Shown here in pieces: positions 45,341 through 59,080 of a DNA stretch of 64,000 bases. The notes under the pieces are model-generated. The model was not told where the DNA came from. It worked only from the letters and a program-made list of their open reading frames with translations, and did no database searches. Source of the DNA: Anolis carolinensis (lineage: Eukaryota); contig NC_085842.1 in the NCBI RefSeq assembly GCF_035594765.1, forward strand, positions 148,007,036 through 148,071,035. The letters are read 5' to 3'. Both the position numbers and the translations under genes were made by a program. Every line of letters starts with the position of its first letter. Position 1 is the stretch's first letter.

Positions 45341-47754
45341 TTAAAAGACCAACAATAATGAGGTGATAGCCCAGTGGATGAATGTGGTCCTGGGCCATCT
45401 AGATAACAACACATTCCTAACCAGCCAGGCCGCTCCATTTAAGCTGCTGGCTGTCACTGGGCCCTCTGCTGATGTCAAAATGGGAGGCTGCATGACCAGC
45501 AAGAAGGGAAGGAAAACCAGCCCTGAATTCAGCATGTAAGTGCTGAATCTGGGTTTGTTCTGTGGGAAAATTTAAACTGAACTAACTGATCAGTGAAGGC
45601 CCTCTCCCATGTTTCACCAGTTATAATTATGGAGAGACAGAGAAAAGGGTCTCCCAGAAGATCTCAAGATAGAGGAATGTTTATATAAATAGATGCAGTT
45701 CTGATGCCTGTGCCTGAAATATACAGGCTTTTGTATGCCTTTACCAGCATTTTAAATTATAACTGTTTTCAAAATAGGCTAAAGTCCCCATGAAGACACA
45801 TGTAATTTTACTAAACAAATACATAAGATATTCAGTTTGATGTTGGGATTGTTGTCGGAAATTTCAGGTCCTCCCGGCATGCTAAAGCTCTGAATTGATT
45901 CAATAAGACATGCACAAGTTGAAGGCAGGAACAGAAATTGATGAATTCAGCAATGGGCAGAGCAGACACTGGGGAATAGCAATTCCTAAATCCAGAATTG
46001 ACACACATTTGGGGACATGAAAAACAGCACAGACTGGTGAAGTTCTAGGAACCGCAATCCCATTGGTTTAAAACTACATTTGTACATTCATTTCTAGTTT
46101 ATGATTGGTGCGTAGAGTAAAATAAATTGTCATTGGTTACACTTGAAGTTGTCTGATGTCTGTTTGTGTCAGAAGGGAAATGATGTATAGTATGCACCCT
46201 GTACCTGAGGGACCAGTACGGACAATTTTACCTATCCATATTCAACAAAATATGTCGTTTCTAGGAATTTTCTAGGCCCTCCAGCTGATTCTACAGTATA
46301 CTTCTGCAAGAAAATATCATGGCGTCAGCCTGGATGAACTACAAATCCCTAGAGGATACCTCCCTAGGAATTTCCTAAGTACTCCGGGGTGACTCCATTG
46401 TAACTTCTAGCAGAAGTTATTCATTTCAATGGCATTTGCTATTATCTACATATCCCCCCACCCTTATCTACATATTCCCTGTTGAAATGTGAGTGTGTGT
46501 GTGTGTGTATTTGATGGGGGAATGGTTTCACCCTGTTTGGGCAGTGGCTGTGCCCACTCTTGAATGTGATCCTTACATCTTAGCCCAAGGTTGATAGCTC
46601 TCCAACCTGATCAATATGTTAAAGTGCAAACTCTTTGAAACACCCAGGTATGTTTCCAAGCATCCATGAAAAGGGCAGTTTATTGCTATTTTACAACTGG
46701 AAACCTAGACTCAGAATGTGTGGGAGAGAAGAAGGTTTAGGACCCACACAGAGGAAGCATGACTGATCTGGATTTAATATCCTGAAAAAGTCTTACAGTC
46801 AAACATTGAAGTACTTTATCTGTAGCACTTTATGAGATAAATGTCCTCGATTTGCCCTTTGTTTCTAAGTAAATTGCCCACTATCCATTATTATGAACCA
46901 CCCAGGTTGTCTAACTTTAAACTACCTGAATTGACCCTTGTTTCCGATCCTCTGTATGGAGTACCAGAAAGAACAATTATGGGCATTATTTCCTGTTTCC
47001 CTCCTATCTGTCCTTAACGCATAGAAGATCATTTAGAACAAATGATGCATAGAAGGAGGAGGAAAGTTACAGAGAAGCTAAACCCCAGCCCAGCTCCTCC
47101 TGAATACCCTGTCATTAAGAAAAATGATGCTGGCAAGAGAGAAATCCACTGGGGTTGCTTGGCTGGCAATTCACTAAGCTCCAGTGGCCAATGAGTGTTT
47201 ATCAATAATTTCAGGACCTGCCAGTCAGGGACGTTGCATCCAGTTTTTTATTTTTACATTCTTAAAGCAGAGAAAATGCTGGTAGTCTCTCCCGCTGCCC
47301 CCATCCAACCCAAACAAGGATTGTGAACAGGCTTGGAAGAGGGAAAATAGAGACTACAAGAAGAAAACACCATTTAGATTTTTCTCTTTATTACTAGGAT
47401 AAGAATCTTCTCATCACAATGATATTATGTCGACTTGGATATAGACCAGTGAGTTTTTGGTCATTGCAGTTCCTGTGGCCATCAGGCCTCTAACTCACAG
47501 GGCAAAAGAAAAAGCCACAGGAAACTATCTTAAATTAAGTCGATCTATTAGTCCATCTAACTCTATGCCAGTGCTACTCAAAGTGGTAGTCCATGGACCA
47601 GTGCCAAATGTATGCCATTGTCTGCCAATTTCCTCATGTTTCTAGGAAATAATGGTTTTAGCAATGGGCACAAATATTATGCCAGTCCTTGGCACATTGG
47701 GAGAAAGGCCTGGCATTCCTCCACAACTGACAGTTAAGAGGCACTGCTCTGTAC

Positions 47755-47850
47755 CATAGATGGGAAACATGTGGCCCTCCAGATGTTGTTGGACTCCAAC
47801 TCCCATCAGCTCCAAACAGCATGGACCATCAACATGGAGAGGGTTACATC
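47755..47850. mobile_element. Short palindromic hAT-type MITE (multi-copy)
   Basis: GTGGCCCTCCAGATGTTGTTGGACT.CAACTCCCA; related copies near 1170-1260, 50228-50325, 50957-51065, 53770-53882, 56620-56760 and 59685-59777. Confidence 0.65.
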
Positions 47851-50800
47851 TCTCCTCCACCCCACCCTTCTATATCAACTGATAGTTTTCCAAGGTTTCA
47901 GACAGGGCCATTTCCAACCACAGATCCCTAGTGTTCACAGCTTGTAGTGTATTCATTTCTTCTCTGGAATTGGGTTGGTTTCTGTTGGCAGCTCAGTAAG
48001 GATCCTTTGCTTCAGCTGGAGTTAGGTTGTTTTATTGCCCTGGTAAATTATAGGCTTTCAGAGGGTAGAAATAACAAAACTACCTTGAATTTTTCCTTGC
48101 CTAAGAAAAACTATCAAATTTATGGGGTCATCATAAGTCAAAAGGCAACACACACACAAATGCTTCAGGGGTTTACACTGGTTAAGTGAAGTAAGATGCC
48201 AACCAGCTACAGAGTGGCAATGAGAACATCAGTTCCAAGAAGGAAGCAGGGAAGCAAAGATACTTGAACCAGAAACAACCAATAACAACTTTTATTTGTT
48301 GGATCTGGGCACAAAGTAATTTGCCACGTGCCTCCAAGAAGTCATGGATTTTAGTTTGCTTGGATATGGAAGATAATCCTAAAATAATTAGGAAGTGGGC
48401 AGCCTTGTTTTCTACACTTATGAGGGTAAGAATGTTCTCTTTGGTGCTTGCATCTCACAGCACACACATGAATAATCTCAGGCCCTCCCAAAATGAGTGT
48501 GATCCTTCAGGCTCCTCAGCTGGACCTAGTGGAATGTGACCATTGTTCTAGTTGAGAAGCAAAGTTCTACTCTCAAATTTTGGGTAATTGGAAAAGTGTG
48601 GAAAGGGTTCTCCTGGGAAGCTGGACATGTTGGAGTCGAATGATAGAGACCAGGGTATGAATCCCTACTTAGCCTTAGAAACCAACCAGCTGACATTAGG
48701 CAAGTCACACTCCCAACTTTAAAAGAAGGCAAAGGCAAGCCCCCCTCTGAATAAATTTAGCTAAGAAAACTCAATGATAAGTTTGCCTTAGGGTCACCAT
48801 AATTGTTGAAAGGACTTGAAGGCACATAACAATAAGAGCCTGCCAAGACTTTCCATCTAAGATGCAGGCAGACCCAAACACACTCAAATGGGGCAACAAG
48901 AGACTCCCAGAAGATCCCCAAGGAGTTGGGGTGGGGGGTGGGGGGGGGTAGGGGAGAGAGGCTCAGAAGAAAAATGGCCAGCTCAGGTGGCACTCATAAC
49001 ATACACACACAAACACACATGTACAGGTTGTGCTTCACAGCGACTGCCCTACATACTTCCTTTGAAACTAGGGAGAGGTGCATGTTGATTGGGAGCTAGT
49101 GAAAGCTCTGTAAGTTCTACCAGACATCTCAACATCTGATCCCCTTTTCTGTGGCAGCATTCCCCCAAACTGACCACCCCCCAGAAGTGTTGAACTACAA
49201 CATCTACCACCCCAAGCTGTGGCCAATCAGCATATATGAATGGCAACAAGCTCATAGAGGCTGGGCTTTTAGGCATCTTTTTATGTCATTTCTGGTCTTT
49301 GGTTTATGATCTAGTGGAGGATTCAGTTTTGTTCAGTTGCTAGAAAGCATGGCTGTGAGACTTCCAGACCATTCTAGGTTTTGTATGTGTGGCAAGGCAT
49401 ATTGCACCCAGTGCTATACCAACTGACTCATTCCCAGATGAAATTCAAAGTGTCATCCATGATCTCCACAAGCACAAACTACTCAAGACCAGATCATCTG
49501 GGTGAGGGTCTGCTTTCTTCTCATGTTGTAAATTTTTTGGGCCCAAATCCACAAGAAACAAAATTCCTTAGTATGCCCTGGTCCTTTCTGAGGTGTAGCC
49601 AGCGGGGAGGGGGATTCTCTGAAAGGACATTTCCATTGCAACACCCATAGCACTGAATGGCCTGCTTTGGGACTTTTTTTTTTTTTTGGCCTCGATTGGC
49701 ATCTAGGCAACATCTGATAAATGAAGGGAAAAGTTTGGCTCCACATTGTTCAGATTTTTCCTTGCTGTTGCATCTCATTAAATTGTTTTACGATGATGTG
49801 TGATTGGTTTTATTGGATTGCTTTTATTATTTATGCCGGCTGCCTTGGGCACCTCAGTGGGAAACTGAAACAGAACAACCGGGCCAAGAGCATTCGCTTC
49901 CTGAGAGCAGCAACTGGTGTCCCCGTCCCCTTGTTCCTTCCATGTGAATGTGTAGTATATGGAGAATCAGCCAAGTAACTTTGGCACAGGAGGGAGAAAA
50001 TCCCATAAGCGCCTCTTCCCAGACCTGGCAGGAAGAATGTAACAAAATAAACAAAGAATTAGCTGCCCTTTCATGACATTCAAAATCTGCTGCCTGAGAG
50101 AGTTGCCTTTTTCTGCTTAATGGTAGTAGATATAGGAATTTCCCTGTATACTTTGATACAAACATGAATATTAATACAGTATAAATAAATGAGGTTAGAA
50201 GTTGGTTTTGTTCTAGTAGCATATGGACCAGGCAGGTGTTTTGGACTTAAAAGCCTACTGGCTGTTAGGAATTGTGGGAGTTGAAATCTAAAACACTTGG
50301 GGGAGGGGAGTTTGCTCCTGCCTGATATGGACCATGTGCACGGGTTCTTTCAAAATGACCAGGCATTAGCTATCATGAGAAAAATATGTTTGGGTTTGTG
50401 TCTCAGGTGATATAATGTTGTGAGCCAGCTCACAGTGTAAGTTCATATATTTATGTATATCTCTCACTTGCTCAATACAAAAATAAGACAGATTAATGTT
50501 CCACTATCAGCTACCAAAACCTGAACAAAGGGCCATCAAATCTTCACTATCTGTGATACAGCAGCCCAGCTCTTGCAGCAGGAGCGTGGATTTCTGCCTT
50601 CCTGTAACTTTGTTTATCTTTTTAAAAAACTAAAGATGCAAGGAGCCATAAGTTATGGGAAAAATAAAATCTATTTTGAAATTAAATCCACTGAAGCACA
50701 CTTTTGGCTGTTCTATGGCATTCACACAGTGCAGCACAGGAAATGTGAAGTATAGGATGAAAGAAGCAGATCTGTAACATGGTTAGGTTATTGCTTGGCA

Positions 50801-51138
50801 CAATCCAGGTAACTAAAGTAGGAGCAGTGATCAGTCCAACATGATGGGGTCAAGAACAAAGGAACATGCTCACCTCTCATCATTAAGAAGGAGTTGGGGA
50901 TTTCATGAAAACAAAGCCACTTGCTCTGGGAGGAAGTTATTGTGAATCTATTGTAAGGCTGGGGAACTGTGGCCCTCCAGATATTTAGAACTCCAGCTCC
51001 AATCCTCCCTACTCCTTGGACTGGCCAAAGGAGCTGATATATATTAGGGTTCTACAACATTTGTAGCATTTGTCAAAATTGTACTAGCACCTTGGTGAGA
51101 GGTTGCAACTGGGCTTGGAGGTGAGAGGATCTGGAATC

Positions 51139-51454
51139 CAGGTTAAGTATCACTTATTCGAAATGCTTGGGACCAGAAGTGTTCCATATTTTGGAATATT
51201 TGTTTATACACATTGGAGATGGGACACAAATTTAACCACAAAATTCATTTATGCTTCCTATACATGTTTTACACATAGCCTGATGGTAAGTTATACATAA
51301 TATTTTGAAAATGTTTGTGCATAAGACAAAATGTATGTGCATGTGTGTGTGTGTGTAGGGAGAGAGAGTCATCAAAAAGCAAAAGTGTCACTATCTCACT
51401 ACCCATGTGGACAATTTTGGATTTTGGAATTCCAAGCAAGGGATTCCCAAACTG
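51139..51454 (+). mobile_element. Tigger4/MER46-like non-autonomous pogo element
   Basis: CAGGTT.AGTATC.CTTAT.CGAAATGCTTGGGACCAGAAGTGTT...CACAAAATTCATTTATG...CACATAGCCTGA.GGTAA...GTGTCACTATCTCA; ends AACTG|TA. Confidence 0.75.
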
Positions 51455-52261
51455 TATTGCCCTTCTCCTTCACTTGTAATGTTTCCTGAGTGGCCTTTGA
51501 GCAGGACTTCCTGGCCTCCTGCCCCCTTCTGCAGTGAAAGCATGGCTATGATCTCCTTCAAGGAAGGGCAGGATACAAGGATCATAAATATTATAAATAG
51601 GAGAGAACCTGTCAAAAATATCCTTCGGAGCTGCAAGGCAACGGGAAGGGATTGAGAACAGCGCTGCTGCTGCTGAGTCAGGGCCTCCCTGTTTGCCCGG
51701 GCATAACCTTGAGTGGGAGATACCCCTCGGCTGGCTGAGCACGGAGCCTGAGAGGTGCCAGTGCTTTTGCTGAGATTCAATACCTAGATTCACAGCCGAA
51801 TGTGGAAGAAAACCCAATGAAAAGAAAGCTGGGTGGGAGAACGCTGTGTGCTGGATTGGCGCTTAGTAGGGATGTTTGGCACCCGGTTCATTTCAAGGCC
51901 AGATCTCTGCAACGTTACTTTTTTTAAAAAGCTGTACTTTCTAGAACACACCGGCTAGATTGGCAGGGCTAGGGCTTTTTGAAAATTGTTGTCCAAAAAA
52001 GTAACTTTGCCAAGTTTTTTTCAAGGCCATATATATTACATACAGCTTGATACATCTGCTGAAGTCCAGACTTCTGAAAGTCAACAAGCTTCTTATGTAC
52101 TGGGCTATTATTCACAGATGCAAATAGAAGTACACCCACCCCATGACCATGGTCACTTTCTACCCAAATGGTGCATGGATCACAGACTGTCCCCCCTCCC
52201 ACTTTTTAATGCCCAACGGTTGATCATCATCATTTTGCAGGACACTGTGTACCCCCTGAGC

Positions 52262-52417
52262 CCAGCTCCAGCTTCATGTGGGGACATGAGAGAAGCCTCC
52301 CACAAGGATGATAAAAACATCCGGGCATCCCCTGGGCAACATCCTTGCAGATGGCCAATTCTCTCACACCAGAAGTGACTTGCAATTTCTCAAGTCGCTC
52401 CTGACACGGAAAAAAAA
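52262..52417 (+). mobile_element. 5'-truncated SINE with Vingi-type 3' tail
   Basis: GGGGACATGAGAGAAGCCTCCCACAAGGATG...CTCAAGTCGCTCCTGACACG(A)n. Confidence 0.7.
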
Positions 52418-52630
52418 TCTACATTATAGCATTAAGGTGGTTTGACATTACTTTAACTGGCATGGCTCAATGCTATGAAAACCTGACATTTCAGGTTGGT
52501 GATTTGCCAGCACTCTTTGTCAGAGAAGGCTAAAACCTTGTCAAACTACAACTCCCATGATTCCTTAGTTTTAACCCATGGCAGATAAAGTAGTGTAAGA
52601 TTGCATTAATTCAAGAGTTAAACATGGTAC
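52418..52630. mobile_element. Palindromic Harbinger-like MITE
   Basis: ACTTTAACTG.CATGG / CCATGGCAG.TAAAGT arms; same family as 7850. Confidence 0.65.
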
Positions 52631-52842
52631 TCATGACACCCAATTCGGGGCATCCGTGCTTTTTCCAGAGGCCCCTCTGTTTTATCAGTGCTAGGCAAAG
52701 ATCTTGTTATTCTCCCAGGCTTTTTAATCTCTGATAAACTGATTTAATGTTGCTCTCTTACCCTGCTGTTTTATTTGCTGCTTGGTTATTATTTTATTGT
52801 TGCTTTTAGTTTTTATTGCCTCATTGTAAAGCATGCTAGAAA

Positions 52843-52911
52843 TGGGTTTGCCGTGATTTTTTTGGGCTGTATGGCCATGTCCCAGTAGCATTCTTTCCTG
52901 ATGTTTCGCCA
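52843..52911 (-). mobile_element. Short Penelope 3' fragment
   Basis: GGGCTGTATGGCCATGT.CCAG.AGCATTCT.TCCTGATGTTTCGCC; flanked by repeated TAGAAATG. Confidence 0.7.
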
Positions 52912-53251
52912 GTTAGAAATGTTTTACATGCTAGAAATGTTTTACAATGAAGGATGAAATATAAATTTATAAATGGGAAAGAGAAATAGAATATGACCCA
53001 AATGCAGGGCTGGGGGACATTTTTGGACAACAATTAGATAGATGGATAGTCCATCTAACCCTTCTGAAATACATTTTACAGCCTGGTGTGAAGAAGTCCT
53101 AAAACTGCATGCCTTGATCCAACTGTTATGTGTTTTATTGGCTTCAGGTTGTTCAATGTGATGATTGTGTGCAATGGTATCGTAAACTCGGCAGCGAAAC
53201 AAGGAAAGTATATAAACGGTGGGTCTATGGTGCTTGCCCAATATACAGCTC

Positions 53252-53270
53252 TGCAGTGCCACCTGGTGAT
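53252..53270 (-). promoter_or_regulatory. Candidate CTCF site
   Basis: Minus strand ATCACCAGGTGGCACTGCA, one mismatch to CCASYAGRKGGCRS; unique, CpG-retaining context. Confidence 0.5.
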
Positions 53271-54059
53271 CAGACTGCAGTATAGTAGTATAAACAAGTG
53301 AGGAAAGAAACCACGATATGCTTTGGGAGACATCCTTCTAAATTCCAACAAATATCATTTATGGGATGTAGATGCTTCTGTAAGTCACTCCCATGAAAAA
53401 GATTAAACATGAAGGGGATTGGCCCATGGATACTCATGATACAGACACCATTATATAGGAACCCCCTCCTGAATGTTAAGTTGTAACCCGTGATAAGATG
53501 CTGGTGTCCAAATGGCCCAGGCAGGTAGCTCCATTTAAGATGTCATGGCCAGCAACCAGCAATGAGCATGAGATCTCAGCCACATGAGTCCTACCCAGTC
53601 CCAGATGTGGAGCCACAGGGAGACAGGGCACATTGGGTCTAACCACGAGTGGAGACTTCATGCCTCTTAATCCCAAGGCAGTCCCAGACAGCAGGTAGCA
53701 GGCTTCTGAGCTGCCATTGGCTGCTGGTCATCAATGCTTTCCCTCAAGAAACAAATTCCTGTGTGCAAACTTCAGCTCAGGCCTTCTGAATATTATTGGA
53801 CCATTGCAATGGCCAATGATCACAGATTATAGGAGTTTTTTTCCAATAACATCTAGAGAGCCTTAGCTTCTCCCATCCCTGGTGCAATGTTTGGAAAATA
53901 AAGACAAGTCTCCCAACCCAGCAGGGACAACAATTAATCTGTCACCATTTGGAGAGCTAACGTTTCCCCACTCTTGCTTAAACAATCAAGTAAAACTTAC
54001 TTAACAGCAACTTAACTTTTAGTTGCAGATCCTCATTCTTTGAAACTCTTTCCCTATAC

Positions 54060-54393
54060 CAGGGCTTCTTAAACCTTTTCTTAAACCTTTTGCAGCCTCC
54101 TTTCGGCCTGAACTTTTACATGACCCCAGGTATATAGGGATGTTAAATAGTATACAAAATTAGTCATTTACTAATAATAATTCAGCATTTGCAAAACTTG
54201 CTAAGCAGGTTTAATTTGCTTTATGTGGAGTACAACTGACGCATCTTTTATAGATTCCACTATAAACACTGTGCGTTGTTGCTAACAGATTTGTGTTCAT
54301 GGGAGGCATTCAGAAACCTTTCCAGACTGCCAAATTATTGTGACCCCAATATTGAGCCATTTGGAGTCAGGGCCCATCGTTTAAGAAGCAATG
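54060..54393 (+). mobile_element. Non-autonomous hAT (Charlie-type) element
   Basis: TIRs CAGGGCTTCTTAAAC / GTTTAAGAAGCAATG; subterminal GACCCC repeats; TSD decayed. Confidence 0.7.
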
Positions 54394-54999
54394 CTCTCCA
54401 GCACCATTTGAGCCCTATTTTGATACCCAAGTGGTGGCCAAGGAGACCTTACTGACTGTAATTCTGTAGCCAAGTACAAACCCATTTACTGAAATATGGA
54501 GCTGGCAACATTTGTGTATCCTTCTCCACCAACCATATGTTCCATGGGCATAACCACCCTTATGTTACAGAGACATGCATATCTATAACTTTCCGTGAGT
54601 TATTTTTCCATCTGTCTGACCATTGAGTTGTTATTCATTCCACTCTCTATAGGTATTTGAACTTTTGCCTTTATGTGGAGGGTAAAGGTGAAATCCCTTA
54701 TCCAAGCATAAAGATCTTCCTTGATACTTAATCTCTAAACAAGTACAGAGATTATCAGATGCTATTTTGCAGACTAAGAACATCCATAATCAGATACACT
54801 TTTGCAGAGTAAGGCAGAAGATTCCTTTTATAGAGGACATCTCCATGGTTTATTATCAGGATTTCATCTCTCTAGTACCAGTCAGTCCCAATGCAGATGA
54901 AGCCCATGATACTGATAGAGGGGAAATAGCAGGGCGGGGTTGAAAATGAACATGACTAACAGGTTAATGGAGCCATATTCAACATGCCCAATTCTGAGT

Positions 55000-55820
55000 A
55001 TTTTTCTTCCAAAGTTCTGTCCTCCTTGACCTCTTGCTATCTGTTAACAACATCATCATTTACTATGTTTATCAAACATGTAACCCTGACATTGGTTTTG
55101 ACTCTTAGATCTCTTTCCACCTCTACCCCACCTATTTGAACTGTTGTCAGACTCTAGAGACTATTTTCTCCTCTATATAACATTGTGAAAAATCTCCCTA
55201 TACTTTTTATCCCTGTGGTTAAGATTTGAGGTAATGTTTAAGTGGTGTCCCACACAAAATAGTCCTGCATTCCCACTCTGTATCTGATCCAAAATACCCC
55301 AGTAATCTCATTGCTTTCCAAACCTCCGCTGCCCAAACTCCTTGCTATCCCCATGGCTCAGACCGAGTACCGTCTTTCCCAGTATGCATGCTTTATGTGA
55401 TATCCTTCCTCAAGCACTTTCCCTGCTTCCTTTTCCTTTGAAGCTTGTTCTGACCTTGGAAAATTTTATCTATCTTCCATTCTTTTCGGGTCCCTTTCTG
55501 CCTGTGACCTATGCTGCTCAACTCCTTTGCCTCTCTCAGCTGCCCTTTGCCTGCTATCACAATCCCCTTGCTGTCTGCTGCTCATGGTGAGTCCTCCCTG
55601 AGCACCATTGTAGTGAACTTTCTTTCTCATTACTTCCCACCATCTCACCTTTTCTACAAGGTTGTTGGCTTATCCATCCCTATTTCCATTTCATGACATT
55701 TGTCCCTTGCAATATGTATTTTCTCTTCTTCTATTGTCTATTTTGATTGACAATCTCCTTGAACCAGGGGCTCACCTGGTTTTGTTCATTTATGAATTGT
55801 GCCATGCACACTGATGACAT
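55000..55820 (+). mobile_element. Ancient L2 remnant
   Basis: C/T-rich decayed tract ending GATTG..AA.CTCCTTGA..CAGGG...GTGCCATGCACACTGATG, like an old amniote L2 3' end; left boundary approximate. Confidence 0.35.
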
Positions 55821-56269
55821 CGGGGTCCTCATAATCTTGTCGGGACCACCTTCCTTATGGAAATTGATATCCTCACTGTAAAAGACCATGTGGATCCAGA
55901 ATTGGTCTCTATTCTCTACAGTCTAAATGTTGGAAATTAAAATATTCTTGGGGTGCTGAAAGCTAAAACTGTTAGAAATCATCCTCCCTTTTGCAAAGAG
56001 GCAGTCAAATTTTGTCCAGCCTTACTTTGCTTCCCTAAACTGATACTGACTTAAATGGAACAAAGCCATTTCAGAGCACAAAATTATAAAAAGTCTAATA
56101 ATGTTTTTTTTAGTTGCATACATATGAAGAGCCTACACCCCAATTACTCATGAAAAGATTGCATAAAGGTAGTATCTTCATTTGTAGCTCACTACCATAT
56201 TTTGTTTATGAAGAAGTAAAGCAGGGCTAAAGGAGAGGAAGAGGAGTCCAAATAAGAAAATAGTGATAG

Positions 56270-56321
<52 letters not shown>

Positions 56322-56335
56322 CAACAACAACAACA
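56270..56335. repeat. (AAT)n(AAC)n compound microsatellite
   Basis: Direct repeat. Confidence 0.95.
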
Positions 56336-58328
56336 GAGAAGGGGAGAGTATTTATATGACCAATGACACTAGAAAGTTTAGGTACACAGAAAAGGTGTTT
56401 ATGGCCATGCATTTCAGGGGAGAGGGAGAGCAAATGAGAGGCAATTGATTCCTTTTTAAACCCCAGTTGCTCTAACTGCAATAGAGTGAGAGAAGAAAGA
56501 ATTCTGGAAAATTTCAAGGTAAAAACAAATTATACCTTGCACTCTGCTAACGAGTCTGCTAATCATCTGATGCAGGAAGAGGAGCATTTTACATTACTAT
56601 TGCAAGCTCTGCATAGACATGAGGAGCATATAATCTGCCAGATATTCTTAGATTGCTACTCCCATCAATTTTCCTTGTTGGCTATGCTAGCTAGGGCTGA
56701 AGGGAGTTGCAGTCCAACAACAGCTAGAGGGCCACATGCAGTTGCTTACCCTTCCCTCTGTGCTGAAGGCACAGGTGCATAGGTGCATAGATAGCCTTAT
56801 AGTCAATCACTCCTACATAGGGCAGGGACCTTAAGAAAAGCATGCTTTGAAAGAACTGGCCGAGCTCCATTTGTCTGCATTCCCTGTATTTTAGATTTGT
56901 TTCAGCTTTATGCTCATTTTGGCTTTGAAGAAGTCAAAGTGATGAGCGAGTAAAACATTAAAGAGCTTGGAGACTTTTCTCTAAATAAATTGGATCCTTG
57001 TCTTTCAGTACGTAGCAATGGAAGGAGGAGCAAGAGAGCAGTCTGGTCATATGGGAAAAGCCTCTAGTAAAAACACTGCAGATACTTATAAACCACACTG
57101 CACTGTGGTTTCACCCCTTATCCAAGAATAAGAGATCCAACCAACTATCATAGTCTGTATTACCAAGGGAGTTAGGTTATGGCAGCGGTCAGTTTTCTCC
57201 AAGACACTTTTGTGAGCAAGTTGGATTACAGCTCAAAATGCCAGATATTCATCAACTGCACCACTGCTAGTTTAGAAATACTAGGCGATCTTTCACACTG
57301 TACAACTATAGCTATACAATCTCACTTCAATAGCCATGGCTCCTTCCTACAGAATCCTGGGATTCCATGGATTAGCCATGGCAAATCAAGTGGAAACATG
57401 TTGCAAATAACACTGTAGTTCAATCAAAAGGGTTCCAGGGCAATAATCAGAGCTGGGTGTGAATAAGTATCAACTGTAGCTCCAAAGCATAGGTGAAGGG
57501 AAGCAACAGCCTTCCAGATAGTAGATCTGGGGTTCTTTGGTTTTTAGGGTGCCAAAGAAGCAGCTCATAACTAATAGGGTTCGGCTAGGCCTCATTGAAA
57601 TGAACAGAACAGGGCTATGCGCTCATTCATTTTGACGAAACTTGTGAAAGAAACGTTTTTAGTGGAATCATGATCTATATTAATAGAGGCATTGGAGAAA
57701 AAAGGCCACTTGTGTTTTCTTTCTCAGCCACCAAAAGGACTTCAAACCTCCAGATTACAGGTTTTTTCCTTGACGATGAACTTCTTAAATTGTCTTTATT
57801 GTAACTATGGAGGCCAAACAAGCCAAAAGATGCATGTTGGCTAAGGAAGTAATATGCAAATCATAAAGCTTATCATGCAGGTTGCCAACAGATGTTAGCA
57901 CACTACAAGGTATCATCAACATGCTTATGTCAATATGGTATTACGAATCCAGGTTCCATTTAATGCCAATCAGAAGTGATCAAAGAGATAGGTTGCATTC
58001 CTTCTTTCCTTTATTACCTTAATAATTTGATATTTACTTAAGTCGGTGCTTGTTTTGTTTAAGGAATATGATCTGCTTTGCTTGTTCTGGTATACAGGCC
58101 ATAAGGTTCAAGATGCTCTATGCAAAGGGGTAACTCAAAATAAATTCATCTCCCAGGTTCTCTTATTGCCAAAGTTGATAAGAATTACAACTCCCCACTG
58201 GAGGGAAAGAGAGATGCTTTATCAAAATGAGTTAACACTGAACCTTGATTATAGTAGCTCTCTTTTCAACTGAACATTGAAAGATTTATTGGTACAATGT
58301 AAACAACTGAGAAAACAAAGCCTGTGCT

Positions 58329-59080
58329 TGTTGCAGCCCAGCCACCTACTTGATCCCCTTTTCACCCAAACAGAACACAGATGAACAAGAATAGTAAGTT
58401 TATTAAGAAAAGAGTATCTAATATAAAAACAGTTTCAAAATACATCCACAAGCTAAACTTCCAGATGAAAGCAATAACCAACTAAAGGCAAAAGCAAGAA
58501 ACTGTAATCCAAGAGTTCTTGCACTTAAACTAGAATTATATCCAAAAGCTTGAAAGCATGAACATGATCATAATCCAAAGGCTTGATACTTGAACTTGAC
58601 TATAATCCAATGGCTTGAAACTTGAAACAAGATTTGTAATTCAAACCGATGCAGAGTCAAGAATAGAACTCCTAACTCGGAGCTCCAAGACAGGCAACTT
58701 GACACATGAAATCCAATGTTCATCTCCCCACTGAACATTGACTCCAATTCCTTAAGAATACTCCTTCTTGCTCATGACATCACACTTGGGTTCCCTTTGT
58801 TATCTTTCAGTCTCTGGGAACACTGGATTTGTCTCTGTTTCACACTGTCCCTTCTGATCTGTAAACACTAGGTTATCTGTAACCTCCTGTCTCCTCCACA
58901 TTCCTTTCAGAGTCAGTCCCTGGCCAATTCTCATGAGAATCACTGCCTGTTTTCCTGACAACAATCTACCCAAAACATTCCCATTGTCTCAAAAAAACAC
59001 TTTCACTTTCCCCCACAGAAACACCAGGCTCAACCAGAAAATCATTGTCCTCATCCTCAGAGGCTTCACAGGCCTCAACA
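58329..59080 (-). mobile_element. Gypsy-type solo LTR (752 bp)
   Basis: TGTTG...CAACA; perfect 5-bp TSD GTGCT; related to the LTR at 10923; internal CTTGAA repeats. Confidence 0.9.

Noticed and set aside
10923-59080. LTRs at 10923 and 58329 as two ends of one giant provirus
   Set aside because: Each has its own distinct TSD (CTATA versus GTGCT), so they are independent solo LTRs
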